From assembly GCA_963706025.1 (NCBI GenBank), contig CAVPLM010000003.1, positions 736,001-800,000 of the forward strand: 64,000 bases of DNA, read 5' to 3'. This stretch comes from an uncultured Actinomycetes bacterium (GTDB lineage Bacteria > Actinomycetota > Thermoleophilia > RBG-16-64-13). The notes below the pieces were generated by a model, which worked only from the letters and a program-made list of their open reading frames with translations, searched no databases and was not told the origin of the DNA. This document shows positions 39,900 to 50,327 of the stretch, piece by piece (within the stretch, counting starts at the first letter, position 1; each line of letters begins with the position of its first letter). A program made the translations under genes and the position numbers.

Positions 39900-42800
39900 A
39901 TGGTGAACAGCATCGCAATGATGGACGGCAACGAGGCCGTCGCCTACATTGCCCACAAGGTGAACGAAGTGATCGCTATCTACCCGATCACCCCCTCGAG
40001 CCCCATGGGGGAGCATTCCGACGCCTGGAGCGCCGCCGGCAAGAGGAACCTGTGGGGGACGGTCCCGCTGGTGGTCGAGATGCAGTCCGAGGCCGGCGCG
40101 GCCGCAGCCGTGCACGGGGCCTTGCAGGCCGGTTCGCTCAGCACGACTTTCACCGCGAGCCAGGGGCTGCTCCTCATGATCCCCACCATGTACAAGGTGG
40201 CGGGAGAACTCACGGCGTCCTGCTGGCACGTGTCCGCACGCTCCCTTGCCTGCCAGGCGCTGAGTATCTTCGGGGACCATCAGGACGTCATGGCCGTCCG
40301 GCAGACAGGTTTCGCCCTCCTAGCCTCCAATTCGGTGCAGGAAGCGCACGATCTAGCGCTGGTCGGCTCGGCAAGTACGCTGAAGGCCCGGGTCCCGTTC
40401 ATCCACTTCTTCGATGGCTTCCGCACTTCTCACGAAGTGCAGAAGGTCGAACTCCTGGCAGACGATATCCTTAGGGCCATGACCGATGAGGATCTGGTGT
40501 TGGCTCATCGCGAGCGGGCCATGAGCCCCGACCGTCCCGTTCTTCGGGGTACCAGCCAGAACCCGGACGTTTATTTCCAGGGGCGGGAGAGCGTCAACCC
40601 CTACTACCTGGCCTGCCCCGAGATCGTACAGGAATACATGGACCGACTGGCCGCCCTGACGGGCCGGTCGTATCACCTGTTCGACTACGCTGGGGCCCCC
40701 GATGCCGAGCGCGTGGTGGTACTCATGGGCTCTGGAGCCGATGCGGCCCACGAGACCGTGGACTACCTCACCGCCAGGGGAGAGAAAGTGGGGGTGCTCA
40801 AAGTCCGGCTCTACCGTCCCTTCAGCATCGAGCACTTCGTGGAGGCTCTGCCGGAGACGGTCAAGGCCGTAGCCGTTCTCGACCGCACCAAGGAGCCGGG
40901 ATCAAGCGGTGAGCCCCTGTATCTCGACGTGGTAGACGCCCTCGCCGCCTCAGGCCGTCCGGTCAAGGTCATCGGAGGGCGGTACGGTCTCTCGAGCAAG
41001 GAATTCACGCCGGCGATGGTCAAGGCGGTCCTCGATGAGTTGGCCAAACCCGATCCCAAGAAGCACTTCACGGTTGGCATCAACGACGATGTCACCCATA
41101 CCAGTCTGGAATACGACCCCCGATTCAGCACCGAGCCCGAGAGCGTGGTGAGGGCTCTGTTCTACGGCCTGGGTAGTGACGGCACCGTCGGGGCCAACAA
41201 GAACTCCATCAAGATCATCGGGGAAGACACGCCGAACTACGCCCAGGGGTACTTCGTCTACGACTCCAAGAAGGCCGGAGTCATGACGGTCAGCCATCTG
41301 CGCTTCGGCCCGCAGCCGATCAAATCGTCCTATCTGGTTGACAAAGCCACCTTTGTCGCCTGCCACGTGTGGGCGTTCTTGGAGAAGTTCGACCTGTTGG
41401 CCGCAGCTGTACCCGGCGCCACCTTCCTGCTGAATGCTCCCTTCCCGACGGAAGAGGTGTGGGACAAGATCCCGCGTGAGGTGCAGCAGAGGATCATCGA
41501 CATGGACATCAAGGTATATGCCATCAACGCCTATGAGGTCGCGAAAGAGACCGGTATGGGTGCCCGCATCAATACCATTATGCAGACCTGCTTCTTCTAT
41601 CTGTCGAGCATCCTGCCTCAAGACGAGGCTATCGCCGCGATCAAGACGACCATCAAGAAGACCTACGGCAAGCGCGGTGACAAGGTGGTGCAGATGAACT
41701 ACGACGCGGTCGATCAGGCCATCGCCAATCTGCATCAGCTCACGATCCCGAAATCTCCCACCAGCGCGGTAGAGAAGCCACCGGTGGTCCCCGACGAGGC
41801 GCCGGATTTCGTGAAGAAGGTCACCGCCATGATCATGGCCGGCCGAGGTGACGACGTGCCGGTGAGCTACATCCCGGCTGACGGCACCTGGCCCACGGGC
41901 ACGACCCAGTGGGAGAAGCGCAATATCGCGCTCGAGATCCCCGTGTGGGAGCCGGAACTGTGTATCCAGTGCGGAAAGTGCTCGTTCCACTGCCCTCACG
42001 CGACCATCCGCACCAAGCTCTACGACCCGGTGGCGCTCGCCGGCGCCCCTGCGAGCTTCAAGTCGGTCGATGCCAAGGGTAAGGAGTATGCCGGCCGGAA
42101 ATGGACCGTTCAAGTAGCTCCCGAGGACTGCACCGGCTGCGGAGCCTGCGTGCACATCTGCCCTGGGAAGGACAAGGCCGACCCGAGCCGCAAGGCGATC
42201 AACATGGCCTTCCAGCCGCCGCTTCGGGAGAGCGAACGGGACAACTACGAGTTCTTCCTCGGCCTGCCGGATGCGGACCGGTCGGAGGTGAGGGTGAGCA
42301 GCGTCAAAGGGAGCCAGCTCCTGCGGCCGCTGTTCGAGTACTCCGGTGCCTGTGCCGGGTGTGGCGAGACTCCGTATCTGAAGCTTCTCAGTCAACTGGT
42401 GGGCGACCGCCTGCTCATCGGCAACGCCACCGGCTGTTCGAGCATCTACGGCGGGAACCTGCCGACCACCCCCTACTCGACGAACGATGAGGGTCGTGGG
42501 CCCACGTGGAGCAATTCCCTGTTCGAAGACGCCGCGGAATTCAGTTTCGGCCTGCGTCTAACGGTGGACAAGCAGAGCGAGTTCGCCCGCGAGCTCGTGG
42601 CTTCGCTGCGCGACACCGTGGGGGCGGAACTGGCGGAGGCGCTGCTCGAATCGAAGCAGGCCGACGAGGCCGAGATCGCCGCGCAAAGAGAGCGGGTAGC
42701 CGCACTGAAGACCAAAGTGCGGGCGGCTATCAAGAACAACGGTTCCGACCCCCGCTACGGCCAGCTGCTCGCCCTCGCCGACTACCTGGTCAGGAAGAGC

Positions 42801-43586
42801 GTCTGGGGCGTCGGCGGCGACGGCTGGGGCTATGACATCGGCTACGGCGGGCTCGACCACGTGCTGGCGTCGAACCGGAACATCAACCTGCTCGTCCTCA
42901 ACACCCAGGTCTACTCGAACACCGGAGGTCAGTGCTCCAAGGCCACGCCCATGGGGGCCGTGGCGCTTTTCGCCGCCGGGGGCAAGCCGATAGCCAAGAA
43001 AGACCTGGCGGCCATCTCTATGACCTATGGCAACATCTACGTGGCTCAAGTGGCCATGGGCTACAGCGATTCGCAGACGGTCAGGGCGTTCACCGAGGCC
43101 GAATCCTACGAGGGACCGAGCCTCATCATCGCCTACAGCCACTGCATCAACATGGGTATCGACATGACCACCGGGTACGACCGGCAGAAGGCCGCTGTCC
43201 AGTCGGGTGTGTGGCCGCTGTTCCGGTTCGACCCGCGCCTCGCCGCTGAAGGCAAGAACCCTCTCCAGATCGATTCCAAAGAGCCGTCGATCCCATTCGA
43301 GGAATTCGCCTACGAGGAAAACCGCTTCAACATGCTCAAGAAATCGCACCCGGAGGCGGCCGGCCTGCTCGCAGATAAGGCGCAGAAACACGTGTGGACC
43401 CGCTGGGAGATACTGAAGCAACAGGCGGGGATGACCTACGACATCGAGTGCCCGTTCGACACCGGTGTGGTCGACGAGACGGCGCTGGCCTCGACCGGCG
43501 CCAAGGAGGTAACCGGCACCATGACCGGGGCCAACTGCCCGGTGGCCTGCGAGGTCGACGCCGCCAAAGAGAACGAAGACAAGTAG
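39900..43586 (+). CDS. nifJ: Pyruvate:ferredoxin/flavodoxin oxidoreductase
   Basis: YPITPSS, EMQSE, two CxxCxxCxxxCP ferredoxin motifs, GACAGCGE, ATGCSSIYGG, GGDGW. Confidence 0.98.
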   Translation: MVNSIAMMDGNEAVAYIAHKVNEVIAIYPITPSSPMGEHSDAWSAAGKRNLWGTVPLVVEMQSEAGAAAAVHGALQAGSLSTTFTASQGLLLMIPTMYKVAGELTASCWHVSARSLACQALSIFGDHQDVMAVRQTGFALLASNSVQEAHDLALVGSASTLKARVPFIHFFDGFRTSHEVQKVELLADDILRAMTDEDLVLAHRERAMSPDRPVLRGTSQNPDVYFQGRESVNPYYLACPEIVQEYMDRLAALTGRSYHLFDYAGAPDAERVVVLMGSGADAAHETVDYLTARGEKVGVLKVRLYRPFSIEHFVEALPETVKAVAVLDRTKEPGSSGEPLYLDVVDALAASGRPVKVIGGRYGLSSKEFTPAMVKAVLDELAKPDPKKHFTVGINDDVTHTSLEYDPRFSTEPESVVRALFYGLGSDGTVGANKNSIKIIGEDTPNYAQGYFVYDSKKAGVMTVSHLRFGPQPIKSSYLVDKATFVACHVWAFLEKFDLLAAAVPGATFLLNAPFPTEEVWDKIPREVQQRIIDMDIKVYAINAYEVAKETGMGARINTIMQTCFFYLSSILPQDEAIAAIKTTIKKTYGKRGDKVVQMNYDAVDQAIANLHQLTIPKSPTSAVEKPPVVPDEAPDFVKKVTAMIMAGRGDDVPVSYIPADGTWPTGTTQWEKRNIALEIPVWEPELCIQCGKCSFHCPHATIRTKLYDPVALAGAPASFKSVDAKGKEYAGRKWTVQVAPEDCTGCGACVHICPGKDKADPSRKAINMAFQPPLRESERDNYEFFLGLPDADRSEVRVSSVKGSQLLRPLFEYSGACAGCGETPYLKLLSQLVGDRLLIGNATGCSSIYGGNLPTTPYSTNDEGRGPTWSNSLFEDAAEFSFGLRLTVDKQSEFARELVASLRDTVGAELAEALLESKQADEAEIAAQRERVAALKTKVRAAIKNNGSDPRYGQLLALADYLVRKSVWGVGGDGWGYDIGYGGLDHVLASNRNINLLVLNTQVYSNTGGQCSKATPMGAVALFAAGGKPIAKKDLAAISMTYGNIYVAQVAMGYSDSQTVRAFTEAESYEGPSLIIAYSHCINMGIDMTTGYDRQKAAVQSGVWPLFRFDPRLAAEGKNPLQIDSKEPSIPFEEFAYEENRFNMLKKSHPEAAGLLADKAQKHVWTRWEILKQQAGMTYDIECPFDTGVVDETALASTGAKEVTGTMTGANCPVACEVDAAKENEDK

Positions 43587-43649
43587 AACGGGAGGCGGTC
43601 GCCCCGGTCTCTGGGTCGCGGTGCTATAATCGCCCGGCATTCCGACATA

Positions 43650-43736
43650 CCTTGCTAGGGGAGCGTGTAGCTGAGAGTGTGGCTCTGCCACAGACCCTAC
43701 GAACCTGATCTGGGTAATACCAGCGAAGGGAAGTAA
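43650..43736 (+). ncRNA. TPP riboswitch
   Basis: AGGGGAGC..GCTGAGA..ACCC..GAACCTGATCTGGGTAATACCAGCGAAGGGAAG; extended -10 TGCTATAAT at 43622-43630; precedes thiamine genes. Confidence 0.96.
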
Positions 43737-43831
43737 CGGTGATCCGTTTCAGTCCGATCGCCTTCTGACGGCGCCGGCGTCCTTCGGCTCAAGCAGCTTC
43801 GCGTCCCCAGGCTCGAACTGGGAGCTGACCA

Positions 43832-44471
43832 ATGCGTGCTGCCGTCGTGGCAGGATCCAGTCTGGCCACCGAGTTGGACGCCGCTATGCTTGGCCTCCGC
43901 CGATCTGCTGGTGGCGGTGGACGGGGGGGCCGAAGCCCTTGCAAGAGTGGGTCTCGAGCCGGCCTTGCTGGTCGGTGATCTCGATTCCATCAGCGTCCGC
44001 ACCCGGGAAGCTCTCGAGGCCAAGGGAGTGGAGTTGGTGTTGTTGCCGACGGCCAAGGACGAGACCGACACGGAGGCTGCTCTGCGCCTGGTGGCCGATC
44101 GCGGCGCGGATGACATCACCGTGTACGGGGCACTCGGCGGGCCGCGGCTGGACCATCTGGTGGGGAATCTCCTGCTCCTCTCGTCACCCTGGTTGGCAAC
44201 GGTGCGGGTGCGGATGGTCGATGACTGGCACGAAGCCTTCTTGGTCAAGGGGGACAGCACGTTCGACGGCGAGCACGGCGATACCGTCTCTCTGCTTCCT
44301 CTGACCCCGGCGGTGAAGGACGTATGGACCGAGGGTCTGCTCTATCCCCTTCGTGGCGAGTCTCTGTCGCAGTCGACCACCCGGGGAGTCAGCAACGCCA
44401 TGACCGGCGCGGAAGCGAGGGTGATCCATGGTGACGGCGTCCTTCTTCTGATCCACTATCGAGGGAGGTAG
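43832..44471 (+). CDS. thiN: Thiamine diphosphokinase, one extra base near 43890
   Basis: AVDGGA, VGDLDS, KDETDTE.AL, GALGG.RLDH..GN, GL.YPL, GVSN; likely true N-terminus MRAAVVAG (GGAG SD) is in a different frame. Confidence 0.88.
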
Positions 44472-44477
44472 ATATCC

Positions 44478-44924
44478 ATGTCGGAGCGCGGGTACTTGAG
44501 CGCGGAGATCCTGGGCTGCCAGTTCGCCGTGTATCCCCTGAGGCAGCCGGACATCGACGGTCCCGTCCAGGCCGCGATCCAGGCGGCGGGCGCCGCTGGC
44601 TGCTCGGTGAGGGTCGGCAATCTCAGCACCCTCATCTCGGGCAGCGAAGACCAGGTGTTCGCGGCGCTGCGGGCGGCGTTCCGCGCCGCGCAGCGCCGCG
44701 GCCCCGCGGTCATGACCGCCACGTTGGCCGCAGGCATGCCTGCCGACGAGCTGGTCGGTGAGATCCAGCGCGACCTGGACGCACGCGGGGAGGCCTCGCC
44801 GGGAACCGCGCTCGTCGACGACTTATCGCCTAGCGGCGACGCACCACCCGCCGGCAGCGGCGCAGCGGGCAGCAGCGGCGCCTCGCCCGGGGGCAGCGGC
44901 GCATCCACCAGGACTGAGATCTAA
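44478..44924 (+). CDS. YkoF-like thiamine/HMP-binding protein
   Basis: CQFAVYPL, VGNLSTLISG..DQVF; operon context. Confidence 0.72.
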   Translation: MSERGYLSAEILGCQFAVYPLRQPDIDGPVQAAIQAAGAAGCSVRVGNLSTLISGSEDQVFAALRAAFRAAQRRGPAVMTATLAAGMPADELVGEIQRDLDARGEASPGTALVDDLSPSGDAPPAGSGAAGSSGASPGGSGASTRTEI

Positions 44925-44947
44925 GCGGAGCCCCGAGGTTGGCTCTC

Positions 44948-45529
44948 ATGTCTACCAGAGACTGGACCACACGGGAGTTGGTAGTAGCGGCCGTTCTGGC
45001 TGTGGCCGTCGGGGTGGTCTTCTGGGGATGGGGCCTGCTCTGGTCGAGCGTGTTCCAGGTCATCCCTTTCCCCTTCTCCTACGCGTTCATCGGGGTGTGG
45101 ATGATCGGAGGCCTGCTCGTCCCCTACGTGATCCGCCGGCCGGGGGCGGCTCTGATGGGCGAGCTGGTGGCGGCCTTCGTCAGCATGGCTCTCGGGAATC
45201 AATGGGGGATCCTGACCATGGCGAGCGGTCTCGTGCAAGGAGCGGGAGCCGAACTTGTATTCGCCGGCTTTCGCTGGAAGCGCTTCGATCGCTCCACCCT
45301 CTACGGTGCAGCTGCGGTGGCCGGAGCCTTCAGCATCCTTCTCGATACCTTCTTGTACAGCTACTACCGCACTTACACGTGGGGCAGCATCCTGGTGGCA
45401 GCCGTTCTGGCCGTCATCAGCTCGGTGGTGCTGGGCGGGGTGGTGTCGCAGTTGCTGGGCGATGCCCTCGCAAGGACCGGCGTCCTCTCCGGTCTCGCGA
45501 TCTCCAAAGGAAAGGTGAGGAGGATCTGA
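44948..45529 (+). CDS. ECF transporter S component (YkoE-like)
   Basis: W...ELVV.AVLAV..GVVFW, IRRPGAAL.GE, SGLVQG.GAE. Confidence 0.9.
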   Translation: MSTRDWTTRELVVAAVLAVAVGVVFWGWGLLWSSVFQVIPFPFSYAFIGVWMIGGLLVPYVIRRPGAALMGELVAAFVSMALGNQWGILTMASGLVQGAGAELVFAGFRWKRFDRSTLYGAAAVAGAFSILLDTFLYSYYRTYTWGSILVAAVLAVISSVVLGGVVSQLLGDALARTGVLSGLAISKGKVRRI

Positions 45530-47370
45530 CCACACCTGCTCCTCGCTCGGCGATCGCGGCCAACGGGCTGTCTTTCACTTACTCCACCCGGATCGAGCCG
45601 GCACTGGTCGACCTGTCCTTCGCTGTGTCCCCAGGGGAGACCGTGCTGATGCTGGGGCCGAGCGGTTCGGGCAAGAGCACGCTGACCCTGTGTCTGGACG
45701 GGCTTATACCGCACTTGATCGAGGGTGACTACACGGGCGAGGTGGTGGTGGCCGGGCTGGTGGTCGGCGATAGTCCGGTCCACCTGCTGGCCCAGGAGGC
45801 CGGGCTGGTCTTCCAGGACCCCGACGCCCAGTTCTGCACGCTTACGGTGGAGGACGAGATCGCTTTCGGCCTGGAGAATCTGCGCCATCCTCCTGAAGAG
45901 ATCGAGGCGGCTATCGACCGGGCTCTGAGCTGGGTCGGCCTGGAGGGGTATCGTCCTCGCCATCTGGCCACCCTGTCGGGCGGAGAGAAGCAGCGAGTGG
46001 CGCTGGCCGCGGTCCTGGCCATGGGGCCGCGCGTGCTGGTACTGGACGAGCCTTCGGCGAACCTCGATCCCAAGGCCACCTCCGAGCTGTTCCGGCTCCT
46101 GCGGCGACTGGCGAGAGACGGACGACACTCCTTGGTCATCATCGAGCACAAGCTGGACGAGTTGATCGACTGGGTGGACAGCGTGCTGGCGCTCGCCCCC
46201 GGGGGCCGCCTGCTCTTTCGGGGAGATCCGGCTCAAGCCTTCTACGACGACGTAGGCAGGCTCTCCGAAGCCGGGGTGTGGCGGCCACAGACGACCGAAC
46301 TGGTCGCGGCACTGCGCGAGGTGGGCTGGGATGTACCGGGGAGCCCTCTCAGTATCGAAGACACGGCGGCTGCCCTGGCCGAGACCCCAGGCTTGATGGA
46401 TCGACTACGCCAGGTCGGGCAGCAGGGATCCGGGTGGGGGCAGGCCTCCCCGTCCGAGCAGAGGGAGATCCACCTTGAGACACAAGGCCTGAGTTTCCGG
46501 TATCCCGGCGGCCACCCGGCGCTGACCGATATCTCCGTCGCCCTCAGGCGAGGGGATTTCCTGGCTATCGCTGGAGCGAACGGGGCCGGCAAGAGCACCC
46601 TTGCCTCCTTGGTGACGGGAGTGCTGGAGCCGCCGCCGGCCACTGTTTTTCTGGACGGGAAAGACGTGGTGGGCATGTCCACACAGGCTTTGAGTGGCCA
46701 GGTAGGCTGTGTCTTTCAGAATCCAGAGCACCAGTTCGTGAGCAACACGGTATCGGGGGAGCTCGCGTTCAGTCTCTCGCCGAAGGCCGGTCGCAAGGGA
46801 GCCGGCCACCTCACGACCCAGCAGCGGGAACTGGTGGATGACTGGCTCACGCGCCTGGGGTTGCTCCGACTGGCGGAAGCCAACCCGTTCTCCCTCAGCC
46901 AAGGCCAGAAACGCAGGCTGAGTGTGGCGGCCATGCTCATCCGCGGTCAGTCCGCCCTCATCCTCGACGAGCCGACCCTGGGCCAGGACGAGCTCCAGGC
47001 GGCCCGCCTGATGGCGATGATGCAGGAGTTCCGCGCCGGGGGAGGCACAGTTGCCATGATCAGCCACGACATGCGTCTCGTTTCCGAGTACGCGGAATCG
47101 CTCCTCGTCCTGAGTCAGGGCCGGGCCGTCTACCTGGGCAGTCCGGAGAGATTCTTCTCTCAGCCCGGATTGGTGAAAGCCTCGGGTCTGGCCGTCCCGG
47201 CCCTGGGGCGCGTGTGTGCAGTGCTGCACGATCTGGGGGGGACGCCCGCGGGTCTTCACACCGTCGAGGCCTTCCTACGGGCGGCGGGAACCCCGGCCGC
47301 AAGGACCTCGGCTGCAGCTGCCCCGGCCGCAGGAGCCGCCCGAGCGTCTGCGCCGGATGGGGAGGTCTGA
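45526..47370 (+). CDS. ECF transporter dual ATPase (YkoD-like), probable CTG start overlapping the upstream stop
   Basis: Two ABC domains (GPSGSGKST/LSGGEKQR; GANGAGKST/LSQGQKRR). Confidence 0.92.
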   Translation: MTTPAPRSAIAANGLSFTYSTRIEPALVDLSFAVSPGETVLMLGPSGSGKSTLTLCLDGLIPHLIEGDYTGEVVVAGLVVGDSPVHLLAQEAGLVFQDPDAQFCTLTVEDEIAFGLENLRHPPEEIEAAIDRALSWVGLEGYRPRHLATLSGGEKQRVALAAVLAMGPRVLVLDEPSANLDPKATSELFRLLRRLARDGRHSLVIIEHKLDELIDWVDSVLALAPGGRLLFRGDPAQAFYDDVGRLSEAGVWRPQTTELVAALREVGWDVPGSPLSIEDTAAALAETPGLMDRLRQVGQQGSGWGQASPSEQREIHLETQGLSFRYPGGHPALTDISVALRRGDFLAIAGANGAGKSTLASLVTGVLEPPPATVFLDGKDVVGMSTQALSGQVGCVFQNPEHQFVSNTVSGELAFSLSPKAGRKGAGHLTTQQRELVDDWLTRLGLLRLAEANPFSLSQGQKRRLSVAAMLIRGQSALILDEPTLGQDELQAARLMAMMQEFRAGGGTVAMISHDMRLVSEYAESLLVLSQGRAVYLGSPERFFSQPGLVKASGLAVPALGRVCAVLHDLGGTPAGLHTVEAFLRAAGTPAARTSAAAAPAAGAARASAPDGEV

Positions 47371-48263
47371 TGCCGGCTCCGGCGACAGAGCGCTCGGCGA
47401 CAGACGGGCCGGCGACAGACCGCTCGGCGGCGCACCGTCCGCCGGCGCACAGCGCCGCAGGGCCTCCGGCGCGGGGGATCACGCCCCAGAGCCACCTGGC
47501 CCGGCGCAATCCGAGCATCAAGTTGCTTGCCGTCATCCTGATCGCTCTTGCGCTCACCTTCATCTTCGACCCCGTCACGCCGGCGGTGCTCTTCCTCCTC
47601 ACTTTCCTTTGCGGCCTGCTTCTCGGAGGCCTCAGCCTGCGGGCTCTGCTTCGTCCTCTTTGGGTGTTCGTACTCGCGGGAGTGGCGATCCTTCTGGCCA
47701 ATGTCTTCTTCAACAAAGAGAACGCCGTCTCTCCGGCCCTGGTCTACATCGGGCCGGTCAAGATCACCGGTCCGGCCCTGTGGGCTGCGGGCACTCTCTG
47801 GGTGCGGTTGCTGTGTTTCGCTCTTCTTTCTATCGTGTTTGTCAAGACCACAGAGCCGCAGCGCCTCATACTCAGCCTGGTGCATCAGGTGCGTCTGAAC
47901 TACCGGGTGGCTTACGGGACGATGGTGGGATATCGCATGCTTCCTACGTTCCAGAGGGACTACCAGACCATACGCGCAGCGCAGCGGGTCCGAGGGGTTG
48001 GGGAGAGGACAGGCTTTCTCCACCTATGGTCACGCGTGCGGCGCTATACGATCCCGTTGCTGGCCGGGGCAGTGCGCAAAGCCGGCCGTACAGCGGTGGC
48101 CATGGACGCCCGGGCCTTCGGCGCCCTGCCGAATCGCACCTACCGGGAGCGCATGGTCGTGCGGTCCTCCGATTGGCTGTTTCTTGCTGCCGCGGTGGCG
48201 GTCACGGCTGCGGTGGTAGTGGGGCTTTGGTACGCGGGCATCACGCGGTTCACGATCGAGTAG
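47370..48263 (+). CDS. ECF transporter T component (YkoC-like)
   Basis: NP..KL, AQRVRG, AMDARAF, RTY motifs. Confidence 0.9.
   Translation: MPAPATERSATDGPATDRSAAHRPPAHSAAGPPARGITPQSHLARRNPSIKLLAVILIALALTFIFDPVTPAVLFLLTFLCGLLLGGLSLRALLRPLWVFVLAGVAILLANVFFNKENAVSPALVYIGPVKITGPALWAAGTLWVRLLCFALLSIVFVKTTEPQRLILSLVHQVRLNYRVAYGTMVGYRMLPTFQRDYQTIRAAQRVRGVGERTGFLHLWSRVRRYTIPLLAGAVRKAGRTAVAMDARAFGALPNRTYRERMVVRSSDWLFLAAAVAVTAAVVVGLWYAGITRFTIE
47379..47453 (+). repeat. Five degenerate 15-bp tandem repeats in the 5' end of the T-component gene
   Basis: ccggcgacagagcgc/tcggcgacagacggg/ccggcgacagaccgc/tcggcggcgcaccgt/ccgccggcgcacagc. Confidence 0.75.
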
Positions 48264-48312
48264 CGCCTATGCAGGGGCCGCGTGCGGCCGCGTGCGCCAC
48301 GCGAGCCGTGTG

Positions 48313-50040
48313 CTAGCGGTAGAAGCGTATCTCCGAAAGCTCTACGCCCCACCGGTCCTCGGTGAGTGGCGTCAACTCTGTGAACCACATCCTCCCTGCG
48401 GTCAATGTCTCGCGCAGGGTAATGATCTGGTTCGCATCGCCATCGAGGGTAGCCAGCCGGGCGGCGGGACCGGACGAAATGCTCTGCAGCAGCTCACCCC
48501 TCCACCCTTCGACCGGGGATACGATCTCGACGATGGTAGCCTCCTCTTCGAGGGTGAAGTCGAAGCCGACGCCGCTCTTGAGCCCTCCGAAGGAGGCGGA
48601 CCGGTAGAGTTCGGTGGTCCAACTCGTGCTGTCCTTACCGTCGATCATGTTGGAGAGCGTATCCGGGTTTTCCGTCTCGTCGCCCTCGGGGTCATAGTCC
48701 TTGAGTTCGGTGACTGCCACCGGCGTGGGCTCTCTGCTGACGGTCAAACGGAGCACGTCGTCTTCGGCCTTGGCTTCGGGCGCCGGGTCTTGCGCCAGCA
48801 CGATGCCCGCCTGCTGGTCGAAGGACGGCACCTCGGAGGCGACCTCCACCGTCATCCCCGCATCTGCCGCCAGCTCTTTCGCCTGATCGAGGGTAAGGCC
48901 TTGGACGGCCGGGGCACCGCCGTCCGGCCAGAGGAATATGAGCGCTACCGCAACGATGACGGCGATGGCGGCCAGCGTCCCCAGGATCTTCCATCTGCGG
49001 GCCGCCCGTGACTTGCGCGCCCGGGCCCGCGCCCAGTCGCGGTCCCAGCGGCCTTCACCCGTCCCATCCCCGGCTCCAGAGTACGAATCGTCGGAGGCTC
49101 CCCCGGCAACGTGGCGCGGTCTTCGCTCGTCTTCAGCGCCGCGCCTCTGCTGGCGCTTGTGAGGTGGAGTCACCTCGGCCACGCCTTGGGGTACATACAG
49201 CCCCAGGCCGACGAGGGCGCCCAGCAGTTCGTCCATGGAGACGAACCTGTCTTCGGGCAGCTTCTCCAGACAGCGCATGACCACCTTCTCAAGCCCGGGC
49301 GGCAGGTCGTCTCGAACGGCGGAGAGTGGAGGGGGAGCATTGTTGAGATGCTGGCGGGCGATCTCCGGCATGTTGGTGCCGTCGAAGGGAGGATGGCCGA
49401 CGAGCATCTCGTACAGGACCACCCCGAGCGAATAGATGTCGGTGCGCGCATCCACCGGCTTGCTCCTGATCTGCTCGGGAGACATGTAGCGGGCGCTGCC
49501 GATGATCGAGCCCGCGCGCGTCACCCGTGTCCAATCCGGGCCTGTGGCGATGCCGAAGTCGCTGACCTTGGCGTGGCCGTTCCGGTCGATGAGGATGTTC
49601 TGAGGCTTGATATCCCTGTGCACTATCCCCGCTGCGTGGGCAGCCGCCAATCCCTCGGCTACCTGCCCCGCGATCTGGCCCGCTTCGGACGCGCCCAAAG
49701 GACCCTCGCGCGTCAGTTCTTTGAGCGAGCGACCTTCGACGTATTCGAAGACCAGATAGTCCTCACTATCCGTCGATCCTCGGTCGATGAGGGTCACCAG
49801 ATTGGGATGCGAGAGCTGGGCCAGCGCCCGGCCCTCGCGATCGAACCGGGCCCGGGTGCGGGGATCCTCGTTCAGGGGAGGTTCGAGACGTTTTACAGCC
49901 ACGTTGCGCTGCAACCGGGTGTCCCAGGCCTGGTACACGATGCACATGCCGCCGCGTCCCAAGACCCGTCCCAATCGGTATCGGTTCTTGAGGAGCGGTC
50001 CGGCCGCGCTTTCTTCGGTAGTATCAGGCGTATCAGCCAT
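48313..50040 (-). CDS. Hanks-type Ser/Thr kinase with TM, one PASTA domain and a C-terminal beta-sandwich (discoidin-like) domain
   Basis: GRGGM, VAVK, HRDIKPQN, DFG, YMSPE; P.V.GLTL..A PASTA; IDG..STSW.T. Confidence 0.9.
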   Translation of the reverse strand: MADTPDTTEESAAGPLLKNRYRLGRVLGRGGMCIVYQAWDTRLQRNVAVKRLEPPLNEDPRTRARFDREGRALAQLSHPNLVTLIDRGSTDSEDYLVFEYVEGRSLKELTREGPLGASEAGQIAGQVAEGLAAAHAAGIVHRDIKPQNILIDRNGHAKVSDFGIATGPDWTRVTRAGSIIGSARYMSPEQIRSKPVDARTDIYSLGVVLYEMLVGHPPFDGTNMPEIARQHLNNAPPPLSAVRDDLPPGLEKVVMRCLEKLPEDRFVSMDELLGALVGLGLYVPQGVAEVTPPHKRQQRRGAEDERRPRHVAGGASDDSYSGAGDGTGEGRWDRDWARARARKSRAARRWKILGTLAAIAVIVAVALIFLWPDGGAPAVQGLTLDQAKELAADAGMTVEVASEVPSFDQQAGIVLAQDPAPEAKAEDDVLRLTVSREPTPVAVTELKDYDPEGDETENPDTLSNMIDGKDSTSWTTELYRSASFGGLKSGVGFDFTLEEEATIVEIVSPVEGWRGELLQSISSGPAARLATLDGDANQIITLRETLTAGRMWFTELTPLTEDRWGVELSEIRFYR

Positions 50041-50126
50041 ACGCTAGTATGAAAGCTCGTGACTCTTGGACATGGAGACAGCAGACACTATCATAGAACT
50101 TATTGGAGCTTTGGAGGAGGCGCCGC

Positions 50127-50327
50127 GTGATCTACTACGTGATCCCCCGCGAACTCGCGGACAGATACTACGAAGAGTTCAAGAAGCGCTTCGAGGGCGT
50201 GGAGGGAGTCGAGGTCATCATCGACCGGCGCGAGGCTGAACGACGCGGGTTGACCGAAGGGGGAGGCAAGCGGGTTCTGCGCGACCGCAGGCGGCGGCGC
50301 ATCAGTGGTTCGTTCCCGGATGTGTGA
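50127..50327 (+). CDS. Small Arg-rich hypothetical protein
   Basis: GGAGGAGG SD before GTG; stop overlaps the PHP gene start; DRR/ERR motifs. Confidence 0.7.
   Translation: MIYYVIPRELADRYYEEFKKRFEGVEGVEVIIDRREAERRGLTEGGGKRVLRDRRRRRISGSFPDV

Noticed and set aside
44758-45525. 256-aa N-terminal extension of the ECF ATPase; likewise 52712-53182 for AmrA
   Set aside because: Overlaps real upstream genes in another frame; better starts exist at 45526 and 53183
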